A DNA stretch of 62,965 bases, filler included, from Neolecta irregularis DAH-3 (taxonomy: Eukaryota), in assembly GCA_001929475.1 (NCBI GenBank). It is 11 parts of 11 records of this genome, joined end to end, with 100 filler letters (N's around TTAATTAATTAA, not from the genome) between each part and the next. Parts side by side here need not be neighbours in the genome. Positions count along the whole stretch, not along the records: positions 1 to 8,761 come from LXFE01000452.1; positions 8,862 to 22,412 come from LXFE01003721.1; 9 more parts are not named here. One strand, given 5' to 3'. The notes beneath the pieces are model-generated. The model had not been told where the DNA came from and ran no database searches. It saw nothing but the letters and a program-made list of their open reading frames with translations. Shown here in pieces: positions 1-11,328 of this stretch (within the stretch, counting starts at the first letter, position 1; the number at the start of each line of letters is the position of its first letter). The position numbers were made by a program, and so were the translations under genes.

Positions 1-170
1 GCCCGGCTGCCCGTGCTGCGCCACACCGCAAAGCCGATGCTGTTGCGCAGCGGCTTGAGCTGCCACGACAGCGTGTGCCCCGCTGGCACAAGCACGTGGT
101 GCAGCAGCCGGTCGCGCGCAAGAACCTGCACCGTGCACAGATCCCCGGGGCCCGCCTCGCTGCTCTGCAT
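1..170 (-). CDS. 5' part of a probable Osh3-like oxysterol-binding protein (N-terminal GOLD domain), truncated by window edge
   Basis: ATG at 170 gives MQSSEAGPGDLCTVQVLARDRLLHHVLVPAGHTLSWQLKPLRNSIGFAVWR, resembling the fungal Osh3 N-terminus (GHTISW.vqP.kkSI.F). Confidence 0.55.
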   Translation of the reverse strand, partial: MQSSEAGPGDLCTVQVLARDRLLHHVLVPAGHTLSWQLKPLRNSIGFAVWRSTGSR

Positions 171-210
171 GGTGGTGTCGCAGTCCGCACGTGATTGATC
201 CACTCCATAT

Positions 211-257
211 GGATTACTCGACTGGATTACTCGACTGGTACTCTCGACTGGATTAGG
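211..257. repeat. 13-bp tandem repeat (GGATTACTCGACT x ~3.5)
   Basis: Directly visible. Confidence 0.85.
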
Positions 258-335
258 TTACTTGGATGTTGATATGCATTGATACTGACATGCATTACTA
301 CTCAATATGCACTGCTACTCAACTACCTACTCATT

Positions 336-1033
336 TCACTCGGAACTGCAGCTCGAGCTCGAGCTCGACGAACACGAGTCGCATCCTGCGGTCAGCCCTA
401 CTCAAGCGTCCACTTGCCCTTGTCCTTGCCCTCAAGCTTCTTCTTGAGCTTGCGCTCCTTTAGCTTCAGGTCGTACGCTATCTTCTCCTCCTCGCTGCAC
501 AGCAAGCTCCTTTCCCTTGCTCGCTTGGCCCGCTTCTCCTCCTTCTTGAGCTTCTTTTCCTTCTTCTTCTGCTCGTGGAGCGCCGCAATCACCGCCACCT
601 CCTCAGTCTTCTTGATCTCCTTCTCCTCCTTCTTGATCTCCTTCTCCTCCTTCTTGATCTCCTTCTCTTCCTTCTTGATCTCCTTCTTCTCTTCGTGACC
701 CGTCCATTTCTCCTTGACCGCCCCTTCAACCCGGTGAATCATCCCCCCAAGACCTCGATTCCCAGGCGCGCACTTTGGCGCGTACTTTGGCGCACAATAG
801 GTCTTCGTTCGGCTCACAGAAATGTCGACCTCCGCACTCCATCCTTTGGCAACTCGGTCCGGTACTTCCCACTGCGACTCGCCATTCACGACATTCACTA
901 CCAGTCAACTCCATTCCCATTCCTCGTACCGTAAAACGCTGTCTGATGAACAGAATCGAATTGCTGCTTGTTAGCCCCTCCCTGCCCCTGCATATACTTG
1001 AATCCAACCAGACGGAAGTTCTTGCCCAGACAT
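336..1033 (-). CDS. WW-domain protein with Lys/Glu-rich repeats; 3 introns, the last a GC-AG
   Basis: Removing 34- and 32-nt introns gives MSGQELPSGWIQQFDSVHQTAFYVNVVNGESQWEVP (WW domain); KKEEKEI x4; putative GCAAGT..GCTGAC..CAG intron 386-417 gives a GCDSCSSSSSSCSSE* end (unspliced ORF stops at 398). Confidence 0.75.
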
Positions 1034-1321
1034 CTTGCGATACCCATACCCTGCGCTTCCTCTCAATATATACAGTTTCCCAAAAAACAGGATATCCCCA
1101 ATCCCTGCTCAAACAAAGGACCTCGTAGCGGATTTGTCATAGCAATGTCGTCATCTTACCCTGCCCTCAAGAATCTCTTCTTAAAAGAGGTTCCAATAGA
1201 ACCTTCTCATTGTTGAATCGCCCATTGGTTAGAATGTAGTCTGTTTTGACAAAGGAGTTGGACTCCCGCTAGGCTGTGGACCGTGCGATCTAGAATTGTT
1301 GATTGATATATTGACGAATCG

Positions 1322-1520
1322 TTGATTGATGTTATTATTGATGTTATTATTGATATTGTTGATATTATTGATGTCATTATTGATATTATTGATGTTATTA
1401 TTGATGTTATTATTGATGTTATTGATATTATTGATGTCATTATTGATATTATTGATATTATTGATGTTATTATTGATGTTATTATTGATATTATTGATAT
1501 TATTGATGTCATTATTGATA
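1322..1520. repeat. Low-complexity ATT/GAT minisatellite in the 3' flank of the F-box gene
   Basis: Mixed ATTATTGAT / GTTATTATTGAT units; the overlapping poly-I/D and poly-L ORFs are artefacts of the repeat. Confidence 0.9.
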
Positions 1521-1530
1521 CTACTGCGTA

Positions 1531-2286
1531 TCAGACTTGTTGAATTTCCTTCTTGACTGCCTTAATCGTATCTTCAATACACGGAGCATTCTTGCCTCCG
1601 ACAAGGTACGCCTGCACCTCTGAAACCTGTATATACTCATCCAAACTCCAACCCATTCCCTTGACCAATACCTCCAATACCTCTCTTCGTTCTCGTTCCT
1701 TTTCAACCTTGTTCTCTTTAACCAAATCCCCCTCCATCTTGATCTTGACCTTGTTCTCTTTAATTATATCCCTCTCCATCTTGATCTTTTCAAACTCCTC
1801 CTTTGTTCCGTACTTGTTATACGAAACGCGTTGAATATCAGCTAGTGAATATATCCAAGCTGGAACCTTTCGATTATGCATATTAATCCCTTGTCGTCGA
1901 TTCAACCCCACAATATCCTTCTTCTCCAACAAATACTCTTGCAATGCCCTCGTCTGATAAATCCACGGAATCTCCTCCCGTTCACACCTTTTACAACAAA
2001 CAACATCACAATCTAAATCTCCGTACCTAGTCTCTTCCTTATCACACCAAAAACACCGCGAAAAACTCTTCTTGAATAGGACTGTGCGAAACGGTGGCGC
2101 GAGTATTGGTTTTGAAAAGGAATGTTTCGAAATTAGGGTTTCGTTGGCCCAGGCTTCCATTTCGGAAAGAATGAATGAACATGTCATTGAGAGGTTTAAC
2201 AGTGCTGATTTATTCGATCTTCGAGGGACCAGTAAAAGTCTGAAAATCTCATGCAACGCCTCTTTAGAAAGACTATCAAAGAGCAT
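1531..2286 (-). CDS. Intronless F-box protein with CxxC..CxxC zinc motif and XPA C-terminal-like domain
   Basis: MLFDSLSKEALHEIFRLL..LLNLSMTC (F-box-like); CFWC..CCKRC; TRALQEYLL..WIYSLADIQRVSYNKYGTKEEFEKIK resembles the XPA/Rad14 DNA-binding C-terminal domain. Confidence 0.65.
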   Translation of the reverse strand: MLFDSLSKEALHEIFRLLLVPRRSNKSALLNLSMTCSFILSEMEAWANETLISKHSFSKPILAPPFRTVLFKKSFSRCFWCDKEETRYGDLDCDVVCCKRCEREEIPWIYQTRALQEYLLEKKDIVGLNRRQGINMHNRKVPAWIYSLADIQRVSYNKYGTKEEFEKIKMERDIIKENKVKIKMEGDLVKENKVEKERERREVLEVLVKGMGWSLDEYIQVSEVQAYLVGGKNAPCIEDTIKAVKKEIQQV

Positions 2287-3210
2287 ATGATGGAAATCGC
2301 CTGAAAATTAATCTCGAATAGAAGAATACTTACCTGTCGTACGTTGGGAACAAGCTTGTTTCATGCGCTGTGCCGTGCTTTGAACTAGAGTTCATTCTAT
2401 TCGGTATAATACAATTATTCTCAGAAATATACCACACCATCATTCGTATGAGCTGCTCTCTGGTTTCTCTCTCGAATAGATATCTTTACTTGATTTACCT
2501 ACGATTTATACATGTCTTGATCGCATCCTACACTAAAGCTCCTAGTAAAACACAAATATCATCATTCCTTTCTAGCATTCTCAATTGGTCGATACTACTG
2601 CCACTGATCGTCACATAATAGAGCTTATTCTAAACAATGACGGTAAGCTATGGAAGTGTCTCAACCGCCGACAAATAGTTCTCGCCTGCTGCAGGAGGGC
2701 AAGATGGAATAATAGAACCACCTAACCCTAAATTGTTCGACCAGATTCGAAAATCTAATCCAGGACAAAATATATCACTCTAAATCATCCTGAACGAATG
2801 TCAAATCTCGAATGCCGAATGAGTCCTGTAAATAATGGATGTCTCGGCAATTTATAGAATCCTAATATCCTCTCCAGAGACCGTCTGATCAAATCTATTT
2901 GCTGCTATGGATTACATTGAAAGAATGATCTCTTCGGTCACCTGATGACTTTGGTACGAAACCAGTTTCCGGATTGGAGACGAAATTCAACTTGTGCTTC
3001 TTTTCTTGTCGACCTGCTATTACATCTCAGTTCAGTTCATTATCGAGCCTGTACTCTGACCGGCATAATCATTTCAGAAAAAGGAAATAAATCATATAGC
3101 TTAGACTGTGAATTCACCATATACTGGTCTGCAAGATCTACCTGTCCTGTTTTGACATTCCATGAATTCATCCGACTTGTCTACTTTTCCACATTTAAAT
3201 AAAAGACAAT

Positions 3211-4222
3211 CTACTGAGCAGGTTTCATCAATTTTCTCTTCGTCGTTTGAGCTTGGAAACCAGTCTTGATAGCCGATACAGATCGAGACGATTGGCAATT
3301 ATTACATTTAATAAAAACAATCCGATTTTCTTTCGATAGCTCGGTGTCCAGGCTTCTGCAGGTCTTACAGGAAACATACTCGGCTGGATGTCAGCATAAA
3401 ACAAGTATCGTGACTTGCTAATATATTTTCGCAATATATTTTCAATCTGTTTCCCTTGATACTTTCCCTTGATAATTAATCTTTCAGAACCATCAACGCT
3501 CCCACTCGTTCCCAATTCAGCAAACATGTATTCAATCAGGTGATCAGGTTTACGGTTCAGTTGTTTGCATATATCTGCTATATTTGCGAAAATGGACTTT
3601 TTACCGTCTCGATGAACTATGGGAGGAACAACTCTGTGGCGTTTCCTGTCTCCAGCGAGTTCAGGGTTATTTTGACGAAGACCCTTGAAGAACCGTTTCA
3701 AAAGATCGTTATATGTATATTCACGGTCGGACTTGAGCCATGGCTCGTCGTCGTCGTCATCATCTTCACAGAGTTCAGTAGTTGCAACCGTCTCTGTGTC
3801 TTCAGCCGCTGCTCCGAAACCTGCTTCCCGAAGTTGTTGGTCGAAAGCATCAACATCGACGACCTTCTTCTTCTTTTTCTTCTTTAGTGTAGCCGAGAAA
3901 TCGGTCTCGTCAGGCGTTCCTTCCACAGCATCATTTTCGCCTGTCACCGTGGATTTCTTTTTCTTCTTCTTCAGACCACTGAACATATTATCGCCGAATT
4001 CTTCCGAAACTGGAACCTCCATCGCTGGATAAATAAGTAATGTCAAAGGTGACTCGATCGCACGTTCTAGAGTTTCGTCTTCAAAGGCAACAATTTTGGT
4101 GATATTGTTTTTCGTATTCAACGACAAATCGTAAGACTGGGATTAGAATTTATTTCAAACATAGATACCTCTTCTTGTTGAGTGGGATTGGTGTTGTCCT
4201 GGATTTCTGAGAGGTCGGACAT
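3211..4222 (-). CDS. SUI3: Translation initiation factor eIF2 beta; 3 introns
   Basis: Poly-Lys boxes, [13 protein letters not shown]-terminal CKTC..CNNC zinc ribbon restored by GC-AG intron 3384-3418. Confidence 0.95.
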
Positions 4223-4458
4223 GGTGGTGGTATGACTGATGGCCTGACGGAACTAGACTTGCCAAAAATTCAGTTGACATAATGTAACGATTTATTTTTC
4301 TTGTCAGTTCTGCAGATTTATAGGCAAACTCTTTCGAATTAAATAATTACTTTCCATAGTTGCTGCCCTATATACAACTTACAAGTTGGTATACTTCAAG
4401 GCCGACAACTGGAAGATACAAAGAAATACATATCCAAACCTTATTTCATGAACTCCCA

Positions 4459-7443
4459 TCACAAAATGTTCACTAGTTCCAAATCTCGTGAACTCCTTCC
4501 GACAAAGACTGTGATAGGGCCAGTAGGAATAACCCAGTTCTGAACTTTTACATCCCAGATGCTCAAGTCCCGCCGAGTCAAGTTGAAAGTAACGGTAGCA
4601 GACGCATTCACGTCCAACGACACTTTTTCAAAGCCACGTAATTGTTTTGGGGGGGCATTTGCAGATGACGGTAAATTGATATATAGCTGAGCAACTTCTT
4701 TCCCCGGATGTGGTCCATTATTGGTAATCGTCGCCGATACACGATATAAAACATCATAGAGCGACGGATTCCCCCCCGGTCCACCACCAGCTGGACTTGG
4801 CGGATGTGGAGTGGTATCCACTGCATGAGGTGGGTAAGGATATGACCCACCGTCAATATTCGAGTCTGCTGGGATGTACGGATAAATATAGTTTTTGACG
4901 CGAGAGAATGTGCTCGGAAAGGTGTAATCGCTAACTTTACCTCGAGTTGGTGTTGCATTGATAGGTGTTAACGGTACGTACGGATTGGCTTTATACGGCG
5001 AGTCGCTAGCTTTTTCAATCAAAAGGCTAGAAAAGCTGAATGTGGAATAAGCTTTTGAATGTCAGTTGACCACATATGATGTCTTACACAATCCAAACCC
5101 AAATTCGAATCTCGGTTCAATTTTATATTGGTCAAAATGCCGATAATCGATGAATAATCCCTCGGTAAAATCTTGCTGGGGTACGTCTTCCGTAGCCTCA
5201 TACATGACATTGGTTCCATAATCACTAGCGCTTTTGGCAATGGTGTACGGCAATTTTCCGCTGGGATTGACGTCACCGAAAAGGACTTGAACCAATGAAG
5301 ATCCGCTGTCTTCTCCAGGAAGACCGGCCCAAACAAGAGCGGTGACATTGGGATGATTAATCCATGGTTCAAGGATAATGGGGCCGACTGAATTGACTAC
5401 CACGATAGTGTTATTGCAATTGGCAGCAGTAAAAGAAACCAATTGATCTCCATCGTGCCAAGCTGTTATATTATTTCGATCTCCCTCGTTAAGATCGACG
5501 CTGATATAATGCTCCCCCGAGTTCGAGTTTATAAATGCTAAACATGTCGTAGCTCGACGAGCAGTAGCGTTGATTTGCGCGTAGTTGTAATCCTCAAGGA
5601 CGTACTGGACCCCTGAACCTTCGGATATTGCTCTCGATTGGATCGCTTCGAGAGGTGTGATAAAATAGGAGAAATCGGCGGTTCCGGATCCCCAGCCCCT
5701 GACAATCAGTGATATAGCCACTTTAAAAGCTATACAGCGCAAGAGTCCCGTTATCGCAACCTCGGTCAGGACAACCATTTGGACCAGCAAGATTGGGACC
5801 AGCGTTGGAGCCGATTATTGCGATCTGCTTTGGCGATTTTAGTGGTAAAGTTGAGTTTATATTTTTGAGAAGGACGATGGAGTTTGCATTAATTTCGCGA
5901 ATGAGTGACGAATGGCTTCGACGGACGTCGACATGGTCGTTGATCCGTTGGTATTGTTCTCCAGGTGCGAATATGGCGTCCCCTGAGCGGTCAAGTTGAA
6001 GTCAATCGAGAAGAATAACCTTCATCGTCTGACGTCCAAGAACTGAAATTGACTTCAGGGAAAGTTGAGTTTGATTTGTTCTGAATTTTGTACAAGGCAG
6101 CAAAAATTCGAGTGACCTGAGTTAGGCAAGACAGAAAGAGCAAATGATACTTGGTCATCTAATCTCCATTCCGGCAATGAACCGTTAAGAACTGCTAAAG
6201 TGAGGTTTGATCCCCAATAGGAGGTTCCATCCGAGGGAATTCCAGTGCCAGGCATGGTCATATCAAGGCCAGAGAGCGATGATTCGACGCCGGAATGTTG
6301 CGCAGCCCAGTCGGTCATGACAAATCTCAGGCTTAGAAAAGATACGCAGAATGATACCCTTGAAAGCCAAGTTCATCTTTCAACAGGCCGTTAATAATTT
6401 TTGAATTTTGACTCGCATAAGAGTTGTTGATCTGATTATAGCTGGTCATGAAACTGCCCACACCAGCTCGAACGGCATCAGCAAAAGGCTATACCATTAA
6501 CACAACACATAAGCTAGATGGACCCAAAGATACAGTTCATGTAGAGTTCGATCGTCTACATTACTTGAAAGACTCTCAGTGGTATGCCGATGGGTTTTTA
6601 TCCCGTTACTCTCTGCAGCTTGTCGATAATGTTCTTGTTCATTTGCAATGAGGTGTTTTGCGCAAGCAATGACGCCGGTTGACTGAGTCCCCAAAATTGT
6701 TTGATACATTGCAACTCCAGTCAAATACGGGTCTGGCGAGAAACCTTCCCAGTTGCGGCCTGCTGCTGGTGTTCGACCTAATGGCCCGGCGACTGGCCCA
6801 AGCGCGACATTCACGCCCTTTCCTCTGAATTCCTGTCCAAGGGCGAGACCTCGATTGTAAATAAGACTATATGTAAGATCGTTGAGCATATTGGAGAGAG
6901 CATACTCTTTGTCCCATGTCGAGGCAGTTTGCACTCCAGAAGGAAAGACCGAAACATAATCTGTGAAGCGGACTCCAAGTGGTGAGTCTTGTAGACAGAG
7001 GCTTCCGAGTCCGAGACGCGGAAGCGAACCAGTGTTGCCCACGCAGCGATCCGACTGCCAGCCAGTGCCTGTAGTGATATTTACTTATTAATTTAGTCTA
7101 TTTCACGCACTGAACACACCTTTTTCTAGCAGAGTCAGCCCAGCAACAAAATTCCGCGCGCGCGAATACGCATCTCCCCAATCATCCAGACCGCTTGCAA
7201 GGGCTTAATAGAGCATGAGCAAGCTGGGACGCATAATTGCATACGCGACGGATACCAGGGATCAGTTACAGCCCTGCTCTGTTGTGCAGCAGTATGATGA
7301 TGAAGAAGAAGGCCCAGCAGCAGAGCAAATATAGCAGCCATGACAGCGGCGAACAAAAACCAAGCTGCAGTACGACCAATGTGAGGGAAACTGCTCCAGC
7401 TCCAGGGGTGTCTTATATTTTGCTTGGGTCTTTGATCACCCAT
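4459..7443 (-). CDS. GH3 beta-glucosidase with N-terminal transmembrane anchor; 9 introns
   Basis: [35 protein letters not shown] nucleophile motif, SGKLPYTI, C-terminal fibronectin-III-like QLRGFEKV; hydrophobic [22 protein letters not shown] near the N-terminus. Confidence 0.93.
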
Positions 7444-7897
7444 TAGCTTGGTGCACGGTATGCAAACCGTCGATAGGATCGCTAATCACGCCTCGGACAA
7501 CAGCAAAGTTCCTTAGCCCCTATTCTGGACTGTAGAAACTTAGCCTATTCTTGTTATCCCATTAGTCGTTTGATTATGGTCGCTACTACAAATCTGATTG
7601 TTGGATCATGTGTGATGTGGTGATCCGGAACAGCAAAGTTACCGTTAGTGATTTCTTTTGGTGACCTTATCGCATGGGTGGTACGGAAATGATACAACTG
7701 AGATTGTGGAGGATATTTAAAGGATCTCTTTATGTTGCTTTACTATATAAGATCTTTGTCTGGTGCTATAAGCCATGTAGCTGTATTGGTTTTCTATAAA
7801 TAGTACTTTACCTGTTCCTGGTAGCGGGGACGGATATGCTTAGGGTTAGGAAACGTGTTTACTTGTAGGGCCGGTGAATAATGCTCTATTCGCCCAG

Positions 7898-8053
7898 TGT
7901 AGGGATATACCCAAAGGGTATATCTTACCAATACGGCAAGGTGGCTTGACGGGAAGTATATAAAGGCGGAAGTTAGATATTCCTAGCCAAGTACGAATAC
8001 TTAGGCTAGTTATAACACTTGGTCTTATCGTACTTCTAAGCGCTTAGCTTACA
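7898..8053 (+). mobile_element. 156-bp solo LTR with 5-bp target-site duplication
   Basis: TGTAGG...CTTACA termini; CCCAG at 7893-7897 and 8054-8058; internal TATATAAA. Confidence 0.75.
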
Positions 8054-8643
8054 CCCAGCGAAGCAATCTAATAAACTCGGGTTTTTATCCAAGTCCTCAA
8101 AAAATCGTCAAAAAAGCTCACCAAAGTGTCACATGCTCTAGCCGTGCAAGCAAAGCATTTAGGGATCGGTCTATTTTATCCAAAATGGTATCTATCCGGC
8201 TAAAACTCGATATGTGCATGCTCCATGCGTTTCATCATTCTGAGAGCTTGTAAGTAATTGTTTGTTGGCACCAGACCATGGGGAATCACAGAACTGGCAC
8301 ATGCACTTCCTTATCTCGGTTTGCCTCCCTGCAACCCTCTTGGGTGGCAAAGCTTGTGACCATCCTGACTTGACTCAGTGGTACTACTTGCCACAGTCAG
8401 GCTGCTTTGGTCAGTATCAAGGTCAGTGAATCTTGACCGTTGAGGGAGGTATGGTGGCTTGCGATTGGGGGTGCCCATGCCATCTGATCGTGGGGGATGA
8501 TTCAGTCCCCACAGTAGGACGATAACAGATTTGATGGTGAGGTTGGACGGTTCCACAGGTGGGACAGAACACATTTCTTCGCCTTATTCCATTACCACAT
8601 CCCACTGGTCTCCGACCCTCCTTAACGCTATTGTCACCATAAC

Positions 8644-8761
8644 TGTAAGGATATACGCTCGAGTATATCCTTACCAAAGACGGAAATGACGGGATCGGTA
8701 GGGCAGCTGATGGGGCAGCTGATGAGGCTTGATGTAAATAGTATATAGTGACGGGAATGGG
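8644..8761 (+). mobile_element. Start of a related LTR, truncated by scaffold end
   Basis: TGTAAGGATATAC..GTATATCCTTACCAAAGACGG resembles the first ~40 nt of the 7898 LTR. Confidence 0.55.
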
Positions 8762-8861
8762 NNNNNNNNNNNNNNNNNNNNNNNNNNNNNNNNNNNNNNN
8801 NNNNNTTAATTAATTAANNNNNNNNNNNNNNNNNNNNNNNNNNNNNNNNNNNNNNNNNNNN
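8762..8861. other. Artificial scaffold linker (Ns + TTAATTAATTAA six-frame stop). Others at 22413-22512, 30204-30303, 36422-36521, 47246-47345, 48350-48449, 53959-54058, 55964-56063, 60179-60278, 61603-61702
   Basis: Identical 100-nt spacer repeated ten times. Confidence 0.99.
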
Positions 8862-9105
8862 GTCAGAAGTAAAGAGAGGCCTTGCACCGGCCACCATCTC
8901 TAGATATCTCGTGAGAGAATGGGGCACGACCCTCGCTAGAGAGGCCATGATCACCGGCCGTCCAATTCCTGCATCTGAGATGCTCTCTCGCGGATTGATC
9001 CAGTACATCGCCCGGGATCTGCAAGATGCCCGCAACAAAGTTGCCGACTACACCGAAATGATCCGCACTAGTGCTCCTAAGGCTATATCGCTGTGCAAAG
9101 AACTC
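8862..9105 (+). other. Near-identical duplicate of 17641-17884 (enoyl-CoA hydratase internal piece); probable alternate haplotype placed at scaffold start
   Basis: 244 bp, 4 substitutions seen, bounded by gaps. Confidence 0.8.
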
Positions 9106-9115
9106 NNNNNNNNNN

Positions 9116-9327
9116 ACGGAAAAAGATACTGCTTACTGTTTACGTCGAGGCTCTTCTCCCGTGCGGATTGTGAACAATCCCCGCTCTTGACGTTCTGCAT
9201 CCCGAATCAACTGAGTGATATCGTGACAATGCAAAATTGCATTTGTAAATAATCTGGAATGTTCAAACGAATGGGAGGCGAGTTGATGAGATTGTTCCTG
9301 GATCGAGTCGAGATAAGAGTAGAACAT
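9116..9327 (-). CDS. SPC34: DASH/Dam1 kinetochore subunit Spc34, 5' part only
   Basis: MFYSYLDSIQEQSHQLASHSFEHSRLFTNAILHCHDITQLIRDAERQERGLF matches the Spc34 N-terminal FTNA.L...DIT.LIRD.E..E..LF motif. Confidence 0.85.
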
Positions 9328-9531
9328 ACTGCATAGAAACAATCAAGCCAATCGCGCTGGATGCCAGTCACCATACAAAAGAAGACATGCCAAAATGAAA
9401 AGTAGTTTAAATGTGCTTGGAAGAAGAGGAGTTTGTAATGGATGTATATGATCGTTCGTAACTGAAATGTGGAATTTACGACTTATAGCCGCGTAATCGA
9501 TCTCATTACGAGGTTCCGAAGCCCCATCACA

Positions 9532-11279
9532 ATGGTAGGTAAACGGTCCCTTCGAAGCTCCTCCAAAGGCGACGGAAAGAATACTGCCCAAGAAATTCGA
9601 GAATCTCGGAAGAAAACCTCTAAAGATTCAACGGCACTCGCAGTACAAAAAGAAGAACCCAATGATGAAGTAATGGCAATCGATGAACCAATTCTGGAAC
9701 CCAATAAGGAAGATGACGGATTAGATATCAAAGCGGGTACGTCAATTTCAAAAAAATGAAAATGGCTTATTGCTCTTTAGAAGTGCAAAGAAATGTCGAC
9801 TTGCTTGAACGTGCAGCTTCGACTTTTGATCCAAGATACACCCTGCGGGTGCTACGAGGGCTTGTTGAACTACGGAAACACTTGAACGAACAGAATTTAG
9901 GTCAAACTATCCAAGAATTTTCCCCCAATGCAGAGGGCTTGTTGAAGAATCTTTCCAAGACAGTATTCTTGATTCAACACAAGAGATACTAACCGAGTAG
10001 ACCAGTATGGATGTAGATGGGACTACCAAAGATATCCTTCCCGAAGTCGACATCTATCTATATATTTTGGCACAGCTCTTCTATCTTGATACCAAAGACC
10101 TCGAACAAGGCGTCATATTGTCCAATCAAGCTATTGAAAAAATCAGAGCGTACAATCGAAGATCACTAGATGCTCTAGCTGCAAAAGTCTACTTTTACTA
10201 CGCACGATTCTATGAATTAGCTGGAAAATTACCGGAAATCAGACCGTTCGTTAAAATATCTTGAGCAGTCTAATTCACCAGAACACTTCTTGCTGCTCAT
10301 CGGACGTCTACTCTTCGAAATGATGTCGAATCGCAAGCGATGATACTGAATCTTCTTCTTCGCAATTATATTTCGACCTTGTCGTATACGCAGGCTGATC
10401 TTCTTGTTTCTAAAACGATATTTCCTGAACATGCGAGCAGTAACCTTCACGCTCGACATTTGTACTATCTCGGCCGTATAAGAGCTATTCAACTGGATTA
10501 TTCCTCTGCTCATGCTAATCTTCTTGGGGCTTTACGAAAGGCGCCTCAAGGTGCTGCGGCGGCGGGGTTCATTCAGGCTTGCCAGAAATTGAACATTGTC
10601 GTCAATTTACTAATGGGGGAGATTCCTGAACGAGGTATATTCAAGGAACGTATTCTTGAAAGAAGCTTGACTCCCTATTTTGAGGTTGTCCAATGTGGGT
10701 ATGTTTTTGTGGATGTGGGCTTATATAAGCCGTTCGTGTTGGTGATCTCAACAAATTTACGGAAGCCCTCAAAGAACATGCATCATCTTTCCGAAAGGAT
10801 GGGACGTATACTCTGATCCTTCGGCTTCGTCACAATGTGATCAAGACTGGTATCAAGTCGATGACCGTTTCTTATAGTCGTATTTCACTGCGAGACATTT
10901 GCTTGAAATTGCATTTAGACAGTGAAGAGTCGGCAGAATACATTGTTTCCAAGGCAATTCGGGACGGCGTGATTGATGCCACGATTGATCATGAGCGAGG
11001 GTACATGCAGAGTAATGAAGTGATGGATGTCTATAGTACCAAGGAACCTCAGAGTGCTTTTCACGAGCGCATTTCATTCTGCATGATTCTTCACAATGAG
11101 AGCGTCAAGGTATGGGTTCTTTGAAATACAAGTCTTAGCGGTAGGCAATGCGATATCCGATGAATGCCAAGAGCGCGGAAATGGAAAGCGCAGAGACTAT
11201 GAGAGAACGGGAAAAGCTTGCTGCTGAAATTGTTGAAGACATGGAGGATGACGAAGAAGGTGATTTAGGCGACTTTTAA
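9532..11279 (+). CDS. RPN3: 26S proteasome lid subunit Rpn3; 5 introns
   Basis: [56 protein letters not shown]. Confidence 0.96.
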
Positions 11280-11328
11280 GTCGCAGATGCAAGAATTATG
11301 GTTGTAAAGCAATCTAATATATTACATT

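Noticed and set aside
1207-1556. ORFs of poly-Ile/Ser, Ile/Asp and Leu/Met
   Set aside because: By-products of a triplet-based low-complexity repeat
2721-2731. CCTAACCCTAA as a telomerase RNA template in an ORF-poor interval
   Set aside because: Reads as codons P-N-P-K in an intron-flanked, pseudogene-like frame; no pseudoknot, CR4/5 or Sm site recognisable. A covariance-model search would settle it
3228-4127. Apparent frameshifts and in-frame insertions in conserved ORFs suggesting pseudogenes or recoding
   Set aside because: All are resolved by short introns that restore conserved protein sequence; no alternative genetic code is needed
8762-8861. Repeated TTAATTAATTAA motif between N runs
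   Set aside because: Artificial six-frame-stop linker used to concatenate scaffolds; not biological
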